From the NCBI GenBank assembly GCA_963706025.1, contig CAVPLM010000005.1, positions 640,001-704,000 of the forward strand: DNA of 64,000 nt, given 5' to 3'. The notes below the pieces were generated by a model. It was not told the DNA's origin, did no database searches, and saw only the letters and a program-made list of their open reading frames with translations. Position numbers and translations under genes: made by a program. Origin of the DNA: an uncultured Actinomycetes bacterium. GTDB lineage: Bacteria; Actinomycetota; Thermoleophilia; RBG-16-64-13. Of this stretch, positions 34,101 through 43,099 are shown piece after piece. Position 1 is the stretch's first letter; the number at the start of each line of letters is the position of its first letter.

Positions 34101-34958
34101 ATCGGGATCGAACTTCCGGGCGTACAGAGCCGGAGAACCGACAAGAGCAGCCAGATCATCGACAGTCATGACCGCGGGGTGAGCTCCACCCATGCACCAA
34201 TCGGTGTGGTGCAGATTGTGACCGGCATTGCTTTCTGCCAGTTCTGAGTTGCCGAGCACGATCTGGAAGAAGAGCTCATCAGGACAGCATACATACTTGA
34301 AGTACCTTACAAACGACACCTCTCGCTTGACGAACTCGTCCACGTACTGGGCGCACGCCTTTGACATCACCCATTGCGCAGAGCCGGTGTACGGCGTGTA
34401 CCCCCTCAGGGGCCTGCGCTTCTTGGGCATGCAGTAAGAGAGGACGTGGATCGGCCACTTGCGAGGCGTGCGCAGTATCACCAGGCCGGCGTTTCTCCTG
34501 GGCAGCAAGAACGGCTTACCCAGCATGCGCACGTGCCAGGACCGCAGCCTCGTAGCCGCCTCGGGCCAGTCTCTGCAGGGCACCGGGTGGAGATCGAGGT
34601 ATGACCGGCCGGCGCTGCGCTCGAGGAAGGTGCTGATGTAGTCGTTGGTCTTGATCGGGTAGTCCTGGCCGGTCAGGAGCGCCACGTAGCCGGCGGAAGG
34701 TTGCCTCCGAAGAACCTCGCCGATACCCTCCAGAGTCGCGCGGACAAGTCCGAACTCACCCCAGCGGCTCAGGTAACGCTTCAGGAAGTACACGTTGGGC
34801 AGATGGTCGAGGCCGTTCACGAACTGCTGGTAGACCTCGTTCTTTGTCTTCTTGTCGATGTGTATGAAGAAGCTCGCCTCGCTGCTGTTCAGCCTGGAAA
34901 CGAGACGCATCAGCTGCTCTGGGTTCTTGTGTACGAGAATGATGTAGGCGATCTTCAA
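34026..34958 (-). CDS. Core-2/I-branching beta-1,6-GlcNAc transferase family (GT14-like)
   Basis: KIAYIILVHK, IHIDKK, LLTGQDYPIK, GSAQW, PDELFFQ and ARKFD. Confidence 0.88.
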   Translation of the reverse strand: MKIAYIILVHKNPEQLMRLVSRLNSSEASFFIHIDKKTKNEVYQQFVNGLDHLPNVYFLKRYLSRWGEFGLVRATLEGIGEVLRRQPSAGYVALLTGQDYPIKTNDYISTFLERSAGRSYLDLHPVPCRDWPEAATRLRSWHVRMLGKPFLLPRRNAGLVILRTPRKWPIHVLSYCMPKKRRPLRGYTPYTGSAQWVMSKACAQYVDEFVKREVSFVRYFKYVCCPDELFFQIVLGNSELAESNAGHNLHHTDWCMGGAHPAVMTVDDLAALVGSPALYARKFDPDVDETIYRLIDETILGGPPYRPADA

Positions 34959-35360
34959 CCGGAGAAAAACCCCTCTCGCCGGCGGAGTGCGTCCCGCTGC
35001 GCCTCGGCCGGATCGCCCTGCCTGCCTCCACATACCGAGACCCGAGTGGGTTCGTTGTCTGCGTACGATCTGAGCGCTGCTCCACAGGCCAGCCTAGACC
35101 GGATGGACGCGCAAAGCAAACCCTCTCGGCGAAGCCGGAGGCCCGCACGGCCAAGAACAAGAAGCGCACTTGAGTTGAACCCCTGGCACTGTTCAGCGAG
35201 GGGGCTCCTCCTGTTCGGCCAGCATCATGTCCTCTTTCGTGGACCAAGCAAAGGCGCTCAGCGCGAAGTACCTCGGGGCGTAATAGGGCTGGCTTAGTTC
35301 CCAGGCTGCTCGTGCGTTTGTCTTGGAGCGTATTGTTGGTCGCTGCGGTAGAATTATGTC

Positions 35361-35390
35361 TTGACAGACTATCCACCTTCGTAATAGGAT
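35361..35390 (+). promoter_or_regulatory. Putative sigma-A promoter
   Basis: TTGACA-18 bp-TAGGAT upstream of the riboswitch. Confidence 0.5.
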
Positions 35391-35456
35391 ATAAAAGCGC
35401 TCATACTTTTTCGTTTGAGTGCATAGGGCGGGCCGGGCGAGCGGAGTCCGGGCTGT

Positions 35457-35548
35457 TATCCACGAGAAGGGCAAACCCGTCGTAAGGCGGGGACGCAAAA
35501 CCATCGGTCCAGTCTATTGGTTCCACTGGGCGGCCGGGTTGCCGGGAT
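35457..35548 (+). ncRNA. c-di-GMP-I (GEMM) riboswitch
   Basis: AGGGCAAACCCGTC-GTAA-GGCGGGGACGCAAAACC...GGTCCAG...CTGGGCGGCCGGGTTGCCG fits the GEMM consensus. An overlapping hairpin plus T-run follows to ~35575. Confidence 0.85.
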
Positions 35549-35740
35549 TTCGGCACCTGGCTGCTTTTTGTTTCTGTACGGCCTCCCTTTGGGTCTTCGG
35601 TCGATTGGAGACACTCAGGCCGCGGACTGCTGTTCTGTCCCAGATCGGTCAGAAGCGGGGGAGGTGCTGCTGTTTGATCAACTGCTCTCTGAGTTTCACA
35701 AGCGCCAGCGCAAGAAGAAAGAAGAGAAAAGAGGATCGAC

Positions 35741-36385
35741 ATGAAAAAGAGGTATCTTGTTGCCCTTATCGTTGTCGTGGTGATAGGAATAATGGCAGGG
35801 GGAGCGGTCGGAACTGCGGCCTGGTTCACTGACACGGACTCGATCGCAGGAAATAGTCTCGCTGCCGGCAAGCTGCAGATCGACCTTCGGGCGGATGGTG
35901 GTGGCGCCGTCGTCCCGATGGTCGTATCCGGCATGTTCCCGGCTGAATCTGGCGATCTAGGAGCCTGGGTTCCGGTCGGACAGACCTTCCGCCTCAACGC
36001 CTACAACGACAAGTGGCCCGAGGATGGAATCACCCCGCTGCCTCTCAAGTACCAGCTCGCGTTTGCGAACATCGTTCCGTCGGGGGGAACCGGAGGCGTG
36101 GCGCTTCAGAACAAGCTTTGGGTGCATGTCGACGGCTGGTATGGCGGCATGGCTCCCGGTGCTTGGGTTCCTGTCTTCGAGGGGCCGTTCAATGACTTCC
36201 TCCTGCAGTCAACGGTGAACGGTGAGGTCCGCCTGCACAACGGTGGCATTCTCGATCCCAACAACTCGAGCCTCTACCGGTTCCAGTTCCGCCTGGATTC
36301 GAGTGCCGGCAACGACTATCAGGGTGCGAAGATTGTGTTCGACGTAAAGATAGACGCCTACCAACCCAATGATCCCGTCTTCTAA
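35741..36385 (+). CDS. TasA/CalY-family protein with SipW-class signal peptide
   Basis: GT.AWFTD....GN..AAGKLQI and FRLDSSAGNDYQG; adjacent to a SipW-like gene. Confidence 0.8.
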   Translation: MKKRYLVALIVVVVIGIMAGGAVGTAAWFTDTDSIAGNSLAAGKLQIDLRADGGGAVVPMVVSGMFPAESGDLGAWVPVGQTFRLNAYNDKWPEDGITPLPLKYQLAFANIVPSGGTGGVALQNKLWVHVDGWYGGMAPGAWVPVFEGPFNDFLLQSTVNGEVRLHNGGILDPNNSSLYRFQFRLDSSAGNDYQGAKIVFDVKIDAYQPNDPVF

Positions 36386-36436
36386 GGCGACTGAGCACGA
36401 GAGCAAGGATATCTGAGCGGGCCAGGCAGAGCTGAG

Positions 36437-37336
36437 ATGCAAAAGCCACTGATCTACCTGGGCTTCGGAGGAGGCGTGGGGGCGGCCGGGCACCGGGCGT
36501 TTCTCGCTCTCTCCCTTCAGGATTGGGAGGAGCCGAGCGTCAAGCCGGCTCCTCCCCCCTCTCACCCAGTGCCGACAAGAAGCACGCAATCGGAGCGAAC
36601 GCGCGGACGATGGTGGAAGCTCCTGTCACACGTCGCCACCGTGTTCCTTGTCCTGGTCCTGTGTTTCGTTGTGGCCGTCGGGTATGGACTTCTCGACAAC
36701 CGCTGGTATCACGTTCTGGCTGTAGACGGCGGCTCGATGCAGCCGACGATCGACTGGGGTGACCTCATAGTCATCACAAAAGCTCCCAAAGAGCTGAAAC
36801 CGGGCATGATCGTGACCATGCAGGTCAAGGACAAGATCGTAACCCACCGGGTGCTGCAAGTGGACCCGCTGGTGACTCAAGGTGATGCCAATGGCGCTCC
36901 GGACACGTGGAAGCTGGAGGACGTGCGAGTTGTCGGTGTGGTCCGGTTCTGGGTCCCGAAGTTGGGCCGAATGCTGGAGAACGTGCACCTCACCGCATCG
37001 GCATCCGGTGCTTGGTTCCGTCGCAGCGAGGGGGTGTCTGGTGAGGTGAGTGCAGGCCATTGGGAGGTTACAGAAGAAGAAACGACGGGGACGGCCGACG
37101 CTGTGCTGAATCCGGACACCACATTGTCAACCATGGAGTTGCCAGCCGAACGAGCGCCCGACGCTGCGGGCGGAGATTCACCTCCGGTCAGCACGGTGGT
37201 CATCGACTCGAGCGAGCCGGCACCACCGCCAGACACTGAGACGACGACCGGCTCGTCTGAGTTCACGACCACGACCGTCGAGCTGCCGCCGGACCCGCTG
37301 ACCACCCCTACAGGCGCGACGACTCCCACGAGTTGA
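36437..37336 (+). CDS. Signal peptidase I, SipW/ER-type, with Thr/Pro-rich C-terminal tail
   Basis: GGSMQPTI..GDLIV, IVTHRV and TQGDAN..PD (Ser-His dyad). Start uncertain. Confidence 0.85.
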   Translation: MQKPLIYLGFGGGVGAAGHRAFLALSLQDWEEPSVKPAPPPSHPVPTRSTQSERTRGRWWKLLSHVATVFLVLVLCFVVAVGYGLLDNRWYHVLAVDGGSMQPTIDWGDLIVITKAPKELKPGMIVTMQVKDKIVTHRVLQVDPLVTQGDANGAPDTWKLEDVRVVGVVRFWVPKLGRMLENVHLTASASGAWFRRSEGVSGEVSAGHWEVTEEETTGTADAVLNPDTTLSTMELPAERAPDAAGGDSPPVSTVVIDSSEPAPPPDTETTTGSSEFTTTTVELPPDPLTTPTGATTPTS

Positions 37337-37559
37337 CGACCAGCCGAAGTTAATGGCGGCCGCTGCAGCGGGACATCGCTGCGCCCACGATTCCCCAGCG
37401 AGAGAGACGGCCCCTTCTTGACCTGACAAGTGCCTAGTCGAACACGACAGCATGAAGCCGTTCTGGATTAAGAAGTGGCACCGACTGCAATGGCAGCCCT
37501 TCAACGAACTCCCACCCCGCCAACTCCAGCAGACACCCCTCCAGCCCCTGGATGACCGT

Positions 37560-37865
37560 CTCCCTGCTGATCGAGGCCGCGATCAGAAGGGATTGGAACA
37601 ACTGCTGACCGGCGCCTTTGGGCGTCTGATGAAGAACCTGGAACTCCCCCCGGTCCGCTTTCACGATCTCCGGCATGGGCACATCACCCATCTGCTGCTG
37701 AGGGGGGTGCCATTCAAGGTAGCAAGCGTCCGGGTGGGACACTCAGGGGCTGCGATCACCGCAGATCTGTACGGGCGCCTTCTCCCCGGTGCCGATGAGC
37801 AGGCCGCGGCGAAGATGGACGATGCCTACTGGCCCAAACCCCGTGCGGCAGTCGACGGCAGCTGA
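37560..37865 (+). pseudogene. Tyrosine integrase C-terminal remnant
   Basis: RFHDLRHGHITHLL..GVP.KVAS.RVGHS...ITADLY. No N-terminal or core-binding domains; ends next to a Leu att fragment. Confidence 0.88.
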
Positions 37866-37953
37866 AAGTCGTGCGGCAGTCGTGCGGCCACCGGGGCAAA
37901 ATGGATTGCATGCACATGTGAACAAAAGCAGAAAAACGCTGGAAATCACCATA

Positions 37954-38004
37954 TGCCGGAGGCGGGACTCGAACCCGCACGGGCATAGCCCTACGGTGTT
38001 TAAG
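37954..38004 (-). repeat. tRNA-Leu 3' fragment, copy L2
   Basis: 51 bp identical to the tRNA-Leu 3' half up to the anticodon loop. Confidence 0.92.
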
Positions 38005-38337
38005 TTGGAACCCAGCGTTTGTTCTCGTGCGCGGTCGGGCGCGGCAGGGTGCGGTGATGCTCAGGTGTTGGCTGCAACACTGGGCAAAAGCCACCATCCT
38101 GCTGCGCACCCGCGTACTGTCGTGTGCAGTCGTTTGCGGTGGGGTGCGTGCATGTCGGGTGGCAACTGGGTGGCAGCTGGGTGGCAATTGAGAGCCCCCG
38201 CTGGCAGCGCTGGTAGCGGCCAATCGGGGCAAGAACAGCACACGGGAGCGGAGGCCCCTAAGGGCCTCCGCTCCTCGTCTCTGCCTCGTCGTATCCGAGC
38301 GAGGGTACGGATCGCGGTGGACCGATCCTAGAAGCTG

Positions 38338-39066
38338 TCAAAAGTCCGGGGTGCCCACATGCACCTTGATGTCGCCTTTGAAGAACGGGACGGGATCGTC
38401 CGGTACGTTCATCGGATACCAGAGCCAGGGGGTTGCGGGGTCTGTGGGGTCCCCCGCGGGGACGAATGACCAGGCCATGAATACGTCGTTCCCTTTCCAG
38501 GGCTTACCGAAGTCTAGGAGAACATACCTGAGAGGCATCGAGTCCGGGAAGAGCGGAAGCCACTCCGGCGGCAGTTGGTCGGCCGGCACGTACACCACGA
38601 AGTCGGCTATGTCGGCCTCCGCGAAGGTAGCGAAGCTCGATGGTGGCGATGGCGGGTCTGTCCACCAGTACGTGGGCCACAGCGTGGCGGGGTAGGCCGC
38701 ACCGTGACAGAAATACGCTTGGCTGAGGCTTGGCAGCCCACGCGCAGCCTGGAACGCATCCCAGTACTCGGACTCGAAGCTCCTGCTGCTAAAGCGGTAT
38801 GAATACTCTCCGGCCTTGCCGATGGACTTGTCCAGGTACGTGCCCCTCACGGTTCCGTCCTGCAGTTTCTGCACATGGATCGCATCCATCGTCCAAACAG
38901 GGAGGTCGTCGGTTGGGCTACACAGGAAGCTGGCCGAGACCCAGTTCACCGGCTTCCCGCAGTCCGATCCTCCCGGAGTGGCAAACGCCACTCCGGGCAC
39001 GACGAGCAGCACGACGAGCAGGATGACGGCGAACGCGACTGGAAGTAGTGGTTTCTTGGCTTTCAT
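38338..39066 (-). CDS. Secreted hypothetical protein
   Basis: MKAKKPLL...VAFA signal peptide after a GGAGGAGG RBS of the repeated leader. Confidence 0.72.
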   Translation of the reverse strand: MKAKKPLLPVAFAVILLVVLLVVPGVAFATPGGSDCGKPVNWVSASFLCSPTDDLPVWTMDAIHVQKLQDGTVRGTYLDKSIGKAGEYSYRFSSRSFESEYWDAFQAARGLPSLSQAYFCHGAAYPATLWPTYWWTDPPSPPSSFATFAEADIADFVVYVPADQLPPEWLPLFPDSMPLRYVLLDFGKPWKGNDVFMAWSFVPAGDPTDPATPWLWYPMNVPDDPVPFFKGDIKVHVGTPDF

Positions 39067-39230
39067 GACGCGCACCTCCTCCTCGGGCAGGATCGGTGTC
39101 CGTACGGAGCGATGCGCGGGCGATACGCTCGTGCGAGGCCCCGTCTTCACGGCCTCCCCGAGCTATAAGTGGGGACAGTCACTTGGTCCCCGTATAGATT
39201 CAGTATAGGCCGGTTTTGACTCTGGGTCAA
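39067..39230 (-). promoter_or_regulatory. Repeated promoter + structured leader + RBS module, copy 1
   Basis: TTGACC-17-TATACT, two hairpins, GAGGAGGAGGTG; near-identical to 44688-44853 and 45281-45445. Confidence 0.85.
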
Positions 39231-39331
39231 CAAGGGAGAAAAGAGCCCCCAGCGGCCAAGCGGGTACGCTACCGAAGGGGGCTCTCCCCCATGCTGGGCC
39301 GACATTGTCCGGGGCTCTTCTCCCCCGGCCA

Positions 39332-39607
39332 TCATTCACCATCGTCTGAGGTGGCCTCCTTCTTGGGGGCGATGGTTTTGCGGGCATCGACGGCCTTCTG
39401 GGTGCGCTTGTCCCGCTCCTTGGGAGTGTCCCGTCGCCGCTGCTGGAGGAACTCTTGGAGGTCAGATTCCAGGACCACCCAACCCTCGCCGATGGCCGTA
39501 CCTCGGATCTTGCCCTCGAGTATCCAGGTCTTGATGGTAGACGGCTCCTGGTCGAGCATGCTGGCTACCTTGTCTATGGTGTACGGGGTGTCTAGCATGG
39601 CGGTCAC
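39332..39607 (-). CDS. Excisionase-like helix-turn-helix protein
   Basis: YTIDKVASML...STIKTWI..GKIRG..IG..WVV.ESDL..FL. Confidence 0.75.
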   Translation of the reverse strand: MTAMLDTPYTIDKVASMLDQEPSTIKTWILEGKIRGTAIGEGWVVLESDLQEFLQQRRRDTPKERDKRTQKAVDARKTIAPKKEATSDDGE

Positions 39608-40016
39608 GGCCTCCGCTTCTGGGTGTGCTGCCTATGTACTACCACCTTCGCGTCCGATTTATGTAGGTCTACGCGTATTGTACGAACCCGGTCTCCCACT
39701 GGCGGGCGTTTGCGGTAGACGGGGTTGGGGTATTTGGAAACCAGCCCTCGTAGGACGAGGGTATGCAGGGTGGGGTAAGGCGAGGCACGAGTACGTGTCT
39801 CGCTTTCGTTGTTCTGGAAGCGCCATGAGCCCCCGCCGGCCAAGCGTGCCAACAGGCATTGGATCACCCTGAGTTGGACGATGCCTACAAACTAGGGCCG
39901 CAGCCTGCGGCAGTCACCAGGAACTGAGGAGCCGTGCGGCAGTCGTGCGGCAGTCGGCCTGGATCGGTAGGGTAAGAGCGTTGGGCATGAACAGAAAAGT
40001 CCTGCAAAACCCTATA

Positions 40017-40041
40017 TGCCGGAGGCGGGACTCGAACCCGC
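40017..40041 (-). repeat. tRNA-Leu 3' fragment, copy L3 (short)
   Basis: 25 bp covering acceptor and T arm. Its flank (39931-40016) resembles 37868-37953. Confidence 0.85.
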
Positions 40042-40269
40042 GAGTGCATGGCTGCACTATTGGCTCCGGTGGCGTCTGGAGAGATCGTCGCCGAGTCAAC
40101 GGTCGTTCCCATCGCGCCGGCCGCCCGATCTCCCAACGGCGCGTCGTTAATCCAAACGGTATTGGGACTGACCCGCTCGTCGAGCAGCTAAGGGAACCCT
40201 TTGGGCAGGCCGATAACTATCATCGTACTGGCCCGCGAGGTTGTTCGCCCCGCGTCGGGAGCCGAGCCG

Positions 40270-41340
40270 ATGGCGGACACTGCGACCAGAGGAGAGACCT
40301 TGACCGCGCGCGAATCGAAAGACACCCGCCGTCACCATATCCGCTGGTGGTTGCTGGCGCTGATCGCCCTGGTGGTGCTTGTGCCCGCTGGTATTGCGGC
40401 ATACCTGGTCAACAGGGAGCCCCCGGAACCGATCTATCTGGCATTCGCGATCACAGCCGATGGAACCGCCGTCGAACTTGGCACCCGGGGGACGGACTGG
40501 CACACGGCCACGGACATCAACGCCGATGGAACTGTGGTGGGAGTAGCCGCGGGGACCGACGGCGCGATCCACGCGTTCCTCTCCCGGGGCGGGACCTTAA
40601 CCGACCTCGGTGCGTCCCGCTACCCCAAGGCGATTAACGACACCGGGCAGGTCCTGGTCGCCAACATGGACCCGGCCCCGGACGGGTGGCAGCCGATCCT
40701 GTGGACCGAGGGAGTGGCGCGCGAACTGACCTCCAACCTTGGCCCCTTGTACGAGGCCAATGACTTGGACAAACAAGGCCTGGTGGTCGGGGAGATCGTC
40801 GCCGCTCCCAAGTCCTACGCCTGGCCCATCGAGGACACCGATCGCCCCACGGGTCCCATCGGGGTCCTTTGGGAGAACGGCCGGGTGACCCTGCTCGAAA
40901 CCGCTGACGCCATGCTGACGCGCACCGTCCGCATCAACGAGGCCGGGACGGTCCTGGGCCAGGGGCGCGTCAAGGGCTCATGGCCGAACCATATCCTCCT
41001 GTGGCAGGCTGGCAGCATTACCGACCTGGGAATAGGCCAGGCCATCGGCATGAACGATCATGGGCAGATCGTGTTGCAGAAGCCGAAGGACAACGACCCG
41101 GGCGAACCTACCCTCTCCTACCTCTGGGAGGCTGGGCGACTCACCCCCCTGAGCAACGCGGACGGCTCCAACCTGCGGCCCTACGACATCAACGGCTCAG
41201 GCCTCGTCGTCGGTCAGATAGACGACAAGGCAGCGTTCTGGCAGAACGGGCGCGTAACCCTCCTGGATCTGCATTCGAAGAACAGCTGGGTCGCCGCGAT
41301 CAGCGACGCGGGGACGATGGTGGGGACGCGGCAGAAGTAG
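40270..41340 (+). CDS. Membrane-anchored protein with HAF-type extracellular repeats
   Basis: One TM; repeated A.DIN..G.VVG, HAFL..GG...DLG and LW..G...L. Confidence 0.8.
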   Translation: MADTATRGETLTARESKDTRRHHIRWWLLALIALVVLVPAGIAAYLVNREPPEPIYLAFAITADGTAVELGTRGTDWHTATDINADGTVVGVAAGTDGAIHAFLSRGGTLTDLGASRYPKAINDTGQVLVANMDPAPDGWQPILWTEGVARELTSNLGPLYEANDLDKQGLVVGEIVAAPKSYAWPIEDTDRPTGPIGVLWENGRVTLLETADAMLTRTVRINEAGTVLGQGRVKGSWPNHILLWQAGSITDLGIGQAIGMNDHGQIVLQKPKDNDPGEPTLSYLWEAGRLTPLSNADGSNLRPYDINGSGLVVGQIDDKAAFWQNGRVTLLDLHSKNSWVAAISDAGTMVGTRQK

Positions 41341-41509
41341 GGCTATGGAGCTCGTCGGATCAAGGGTTCGGCAGGAAGACCGCCGTTCATCCTCCAGCAG
41401 ATGCCGCCGTCAACTCCCGGTACGGCCTTCTGCGACCCTCGCGCTGAGCGCGCAACGCGGTCTGCGCGGACTCCCCACTCGGGCAAGAACGTCCTGCCAA
41501 TCAACGACA

Positions 41510-41561
41510 TGCCGGAGGCGGGACTCGAACCCGCACGGGCATAGCCCTACGGTGTTTAAGA
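41510..41561 (-). repeat. tRNA-Leu 3' fragment, copy L4
   Basis: 52 bp identical to 52432-52483; followed by the conserved flank 41562-41697. Confidence 0.92.
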
Positions 41562-42014
41562 GATCGGTCCGGCGTCCGGCGGCGGCTGCCCAGTGTGCAT
41601 GGATACCGTCTTGTCCTGCCGGAATACCGCTCTTGTGATGGGCTGGGATAGGCAGTCCGGTGGCAGTCCGGGGAGTTCGTCACCAGAATGTCACCAAGAG
41701 CAGCCGGCCGGGGTCTGGCCACGGGCCTATCGGACCGGTTTTGAAGACCGCGGGAGCGAACCGCTTCACACGGCGCGAAACGCTCCGAAGCAGCGTCTCC
41801 ATAGGTCCGTCACCAGGCGCAACGCCTTCTCCCATTCTAACGCGTGCTCTCCCGACGTCACCGAGGACGGCAGAAGGACGGCAACGGGTCGGTAGAGGTA
41901 GCCAAGATCGATGCCGCTCTCGGCGACAGCCATAGGGGGTAGCAGCCGATTTCTGCCTCGGCTCTCCGTGGTCAACACTGGGCCCGATCACACCCAGACC
42001 GGAAGGAGCCTCCC

Positions 42015-42254
42015 ATGGCCAAGACCTACAAGCTGACCGAGAGCCAGATCCCCGAACGCCGGAGCCAGAGCCTCTACGCGGACATTATCGCCGACTTCAT
42101 CGCGCAGGGCGCCGAGTCCATGCAGGTGACCATCGAGGGGATGAAGCCCGCGACCCTGCGGGCCGGGCTGCGACGGGCGCTCAAGGGCAACGAGGACGTG
42201 AAGATGGCGCAGAGGGGTGAGGAAACGTTCCTGCTGAGGCAGAAGACGGAGTAG
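42015..42254 (+). CDS. Small hypothetical protein
   Basis: AAGGAG RBS, ATG start, typical GC3 codon bias. Confidence 0.65.
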   Translation: MAKTYKLTESQIPERRSQSLYADIIADFIAQGAESMQVTIEGMKPATLRAGLRRALKGNEDVKMAQRGEETFLLRQKTE

Positions 42255-42291
42255 CCCTTACCCCGGCCGAGACCACGATAGGGAGGGTGAC

Positions 42292-42531
42292 GTGAGACCT
42301 GAGACACTAGACCGTAACGACCCCCGCAACAGCTTTGTGTTCGACGGCATCCCCATGTGCTGGGTCTGCTACTGGTACGTTGGCGGCATGACCTGCCGGG
42401 CGTTCGGGCTGATGGAGCCGATCCCCGACGAGATCATGAGCTTCGGCTTTGACCACCGCGACCCTTACCCGGGTGATAACGGCAGGCGGTTCGTTCCACA
42501 TGACGCGGATCCACCGCCAGAAGACTGGTAG
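42292..42531 (+). CDS. Small Cys-rich phage-like protein
   Basis: CWVC...TCRAF....IPDEI...FDHRDPYPGDNG; GGGAGG RBS. Confidence 0.6.
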   Translation: MRPETLDRNDPRNSFVFDGIPMCWVCYWYVGGMTCRAFGLMEPIPDEIMSFGFDHRDPYPGDNGRRFVPHDADPPPEDW

Positions 42532-42643
42532 AGGGCATGGCACAAGAGGACGGGGGCCCCGAAGACCGCCGTCCCGTTCACCAATGCTCTTGGCAGTCGT
42601 TCCTACTGGTTCAGCCAGATCGTGCAAGCCCCAGACTAGACCG

Positions 42644-43060
42644 TCACTCCTTCCAGATGGCGCCCGAGTACTGCACCCCTCCCTCGTCAGCCCAGGTGCC
42701 CTGTCCCTGCAGGCCCTTCAGGCCCCCAGTCGCGTTGATGACGGTCCACTCGCCTCCGAACCAGGAGCCGTCATCCGGCTGGAACGCGGTGAGGCGCAGG
42801 TCCAGGCCACCGTGGGTGCCGTTCACGTTTGCGTCCTCGAAGTGGATCCACAGCATCGCCCACATGGCCGAGCAGCCGGCGGGGAGCCACGCTACGAACG
42901 GCTCCTTCGAGAAGCCTCCGAAGGTCCCGGTCCACGTCACCGTCTGTAGCCGATGTAAGGAAGAGCCGCCGGTCCAGCGTCCTCTTGGCCCATCTCGTTT
43001 ACTACCCAATTCCACTTGCCGGAGACCTCTGTGGATCCCGGGGTGCGCGCTCGTCGACAC
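42644..43060 (-). CDS. Beta-rich hypothetical domain (start unclear; may be part of a frameshifted gene)
   Basis: GEWTVINATGGLKGLQGQGTW; coding-like composition. Confidence 0.5.
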   Translation of the reverse strand: MSTSAHPGIHRGLRQVELGSKRDGPRGRWTGGSSLHRLQTVTWTGTFGGFSKEPFVAWLPAGCSAMWAMLWIHFEDANVNGTHGGLDLRLTAFQPDDGSWFGGEWTVINATGGLKGLQGQGTWADEGGVQYSGAIWKE

Positions 43061-43099
43061 GGGCGGCGATGGACGCGATCGCCTGCACGAACGCGGGGC

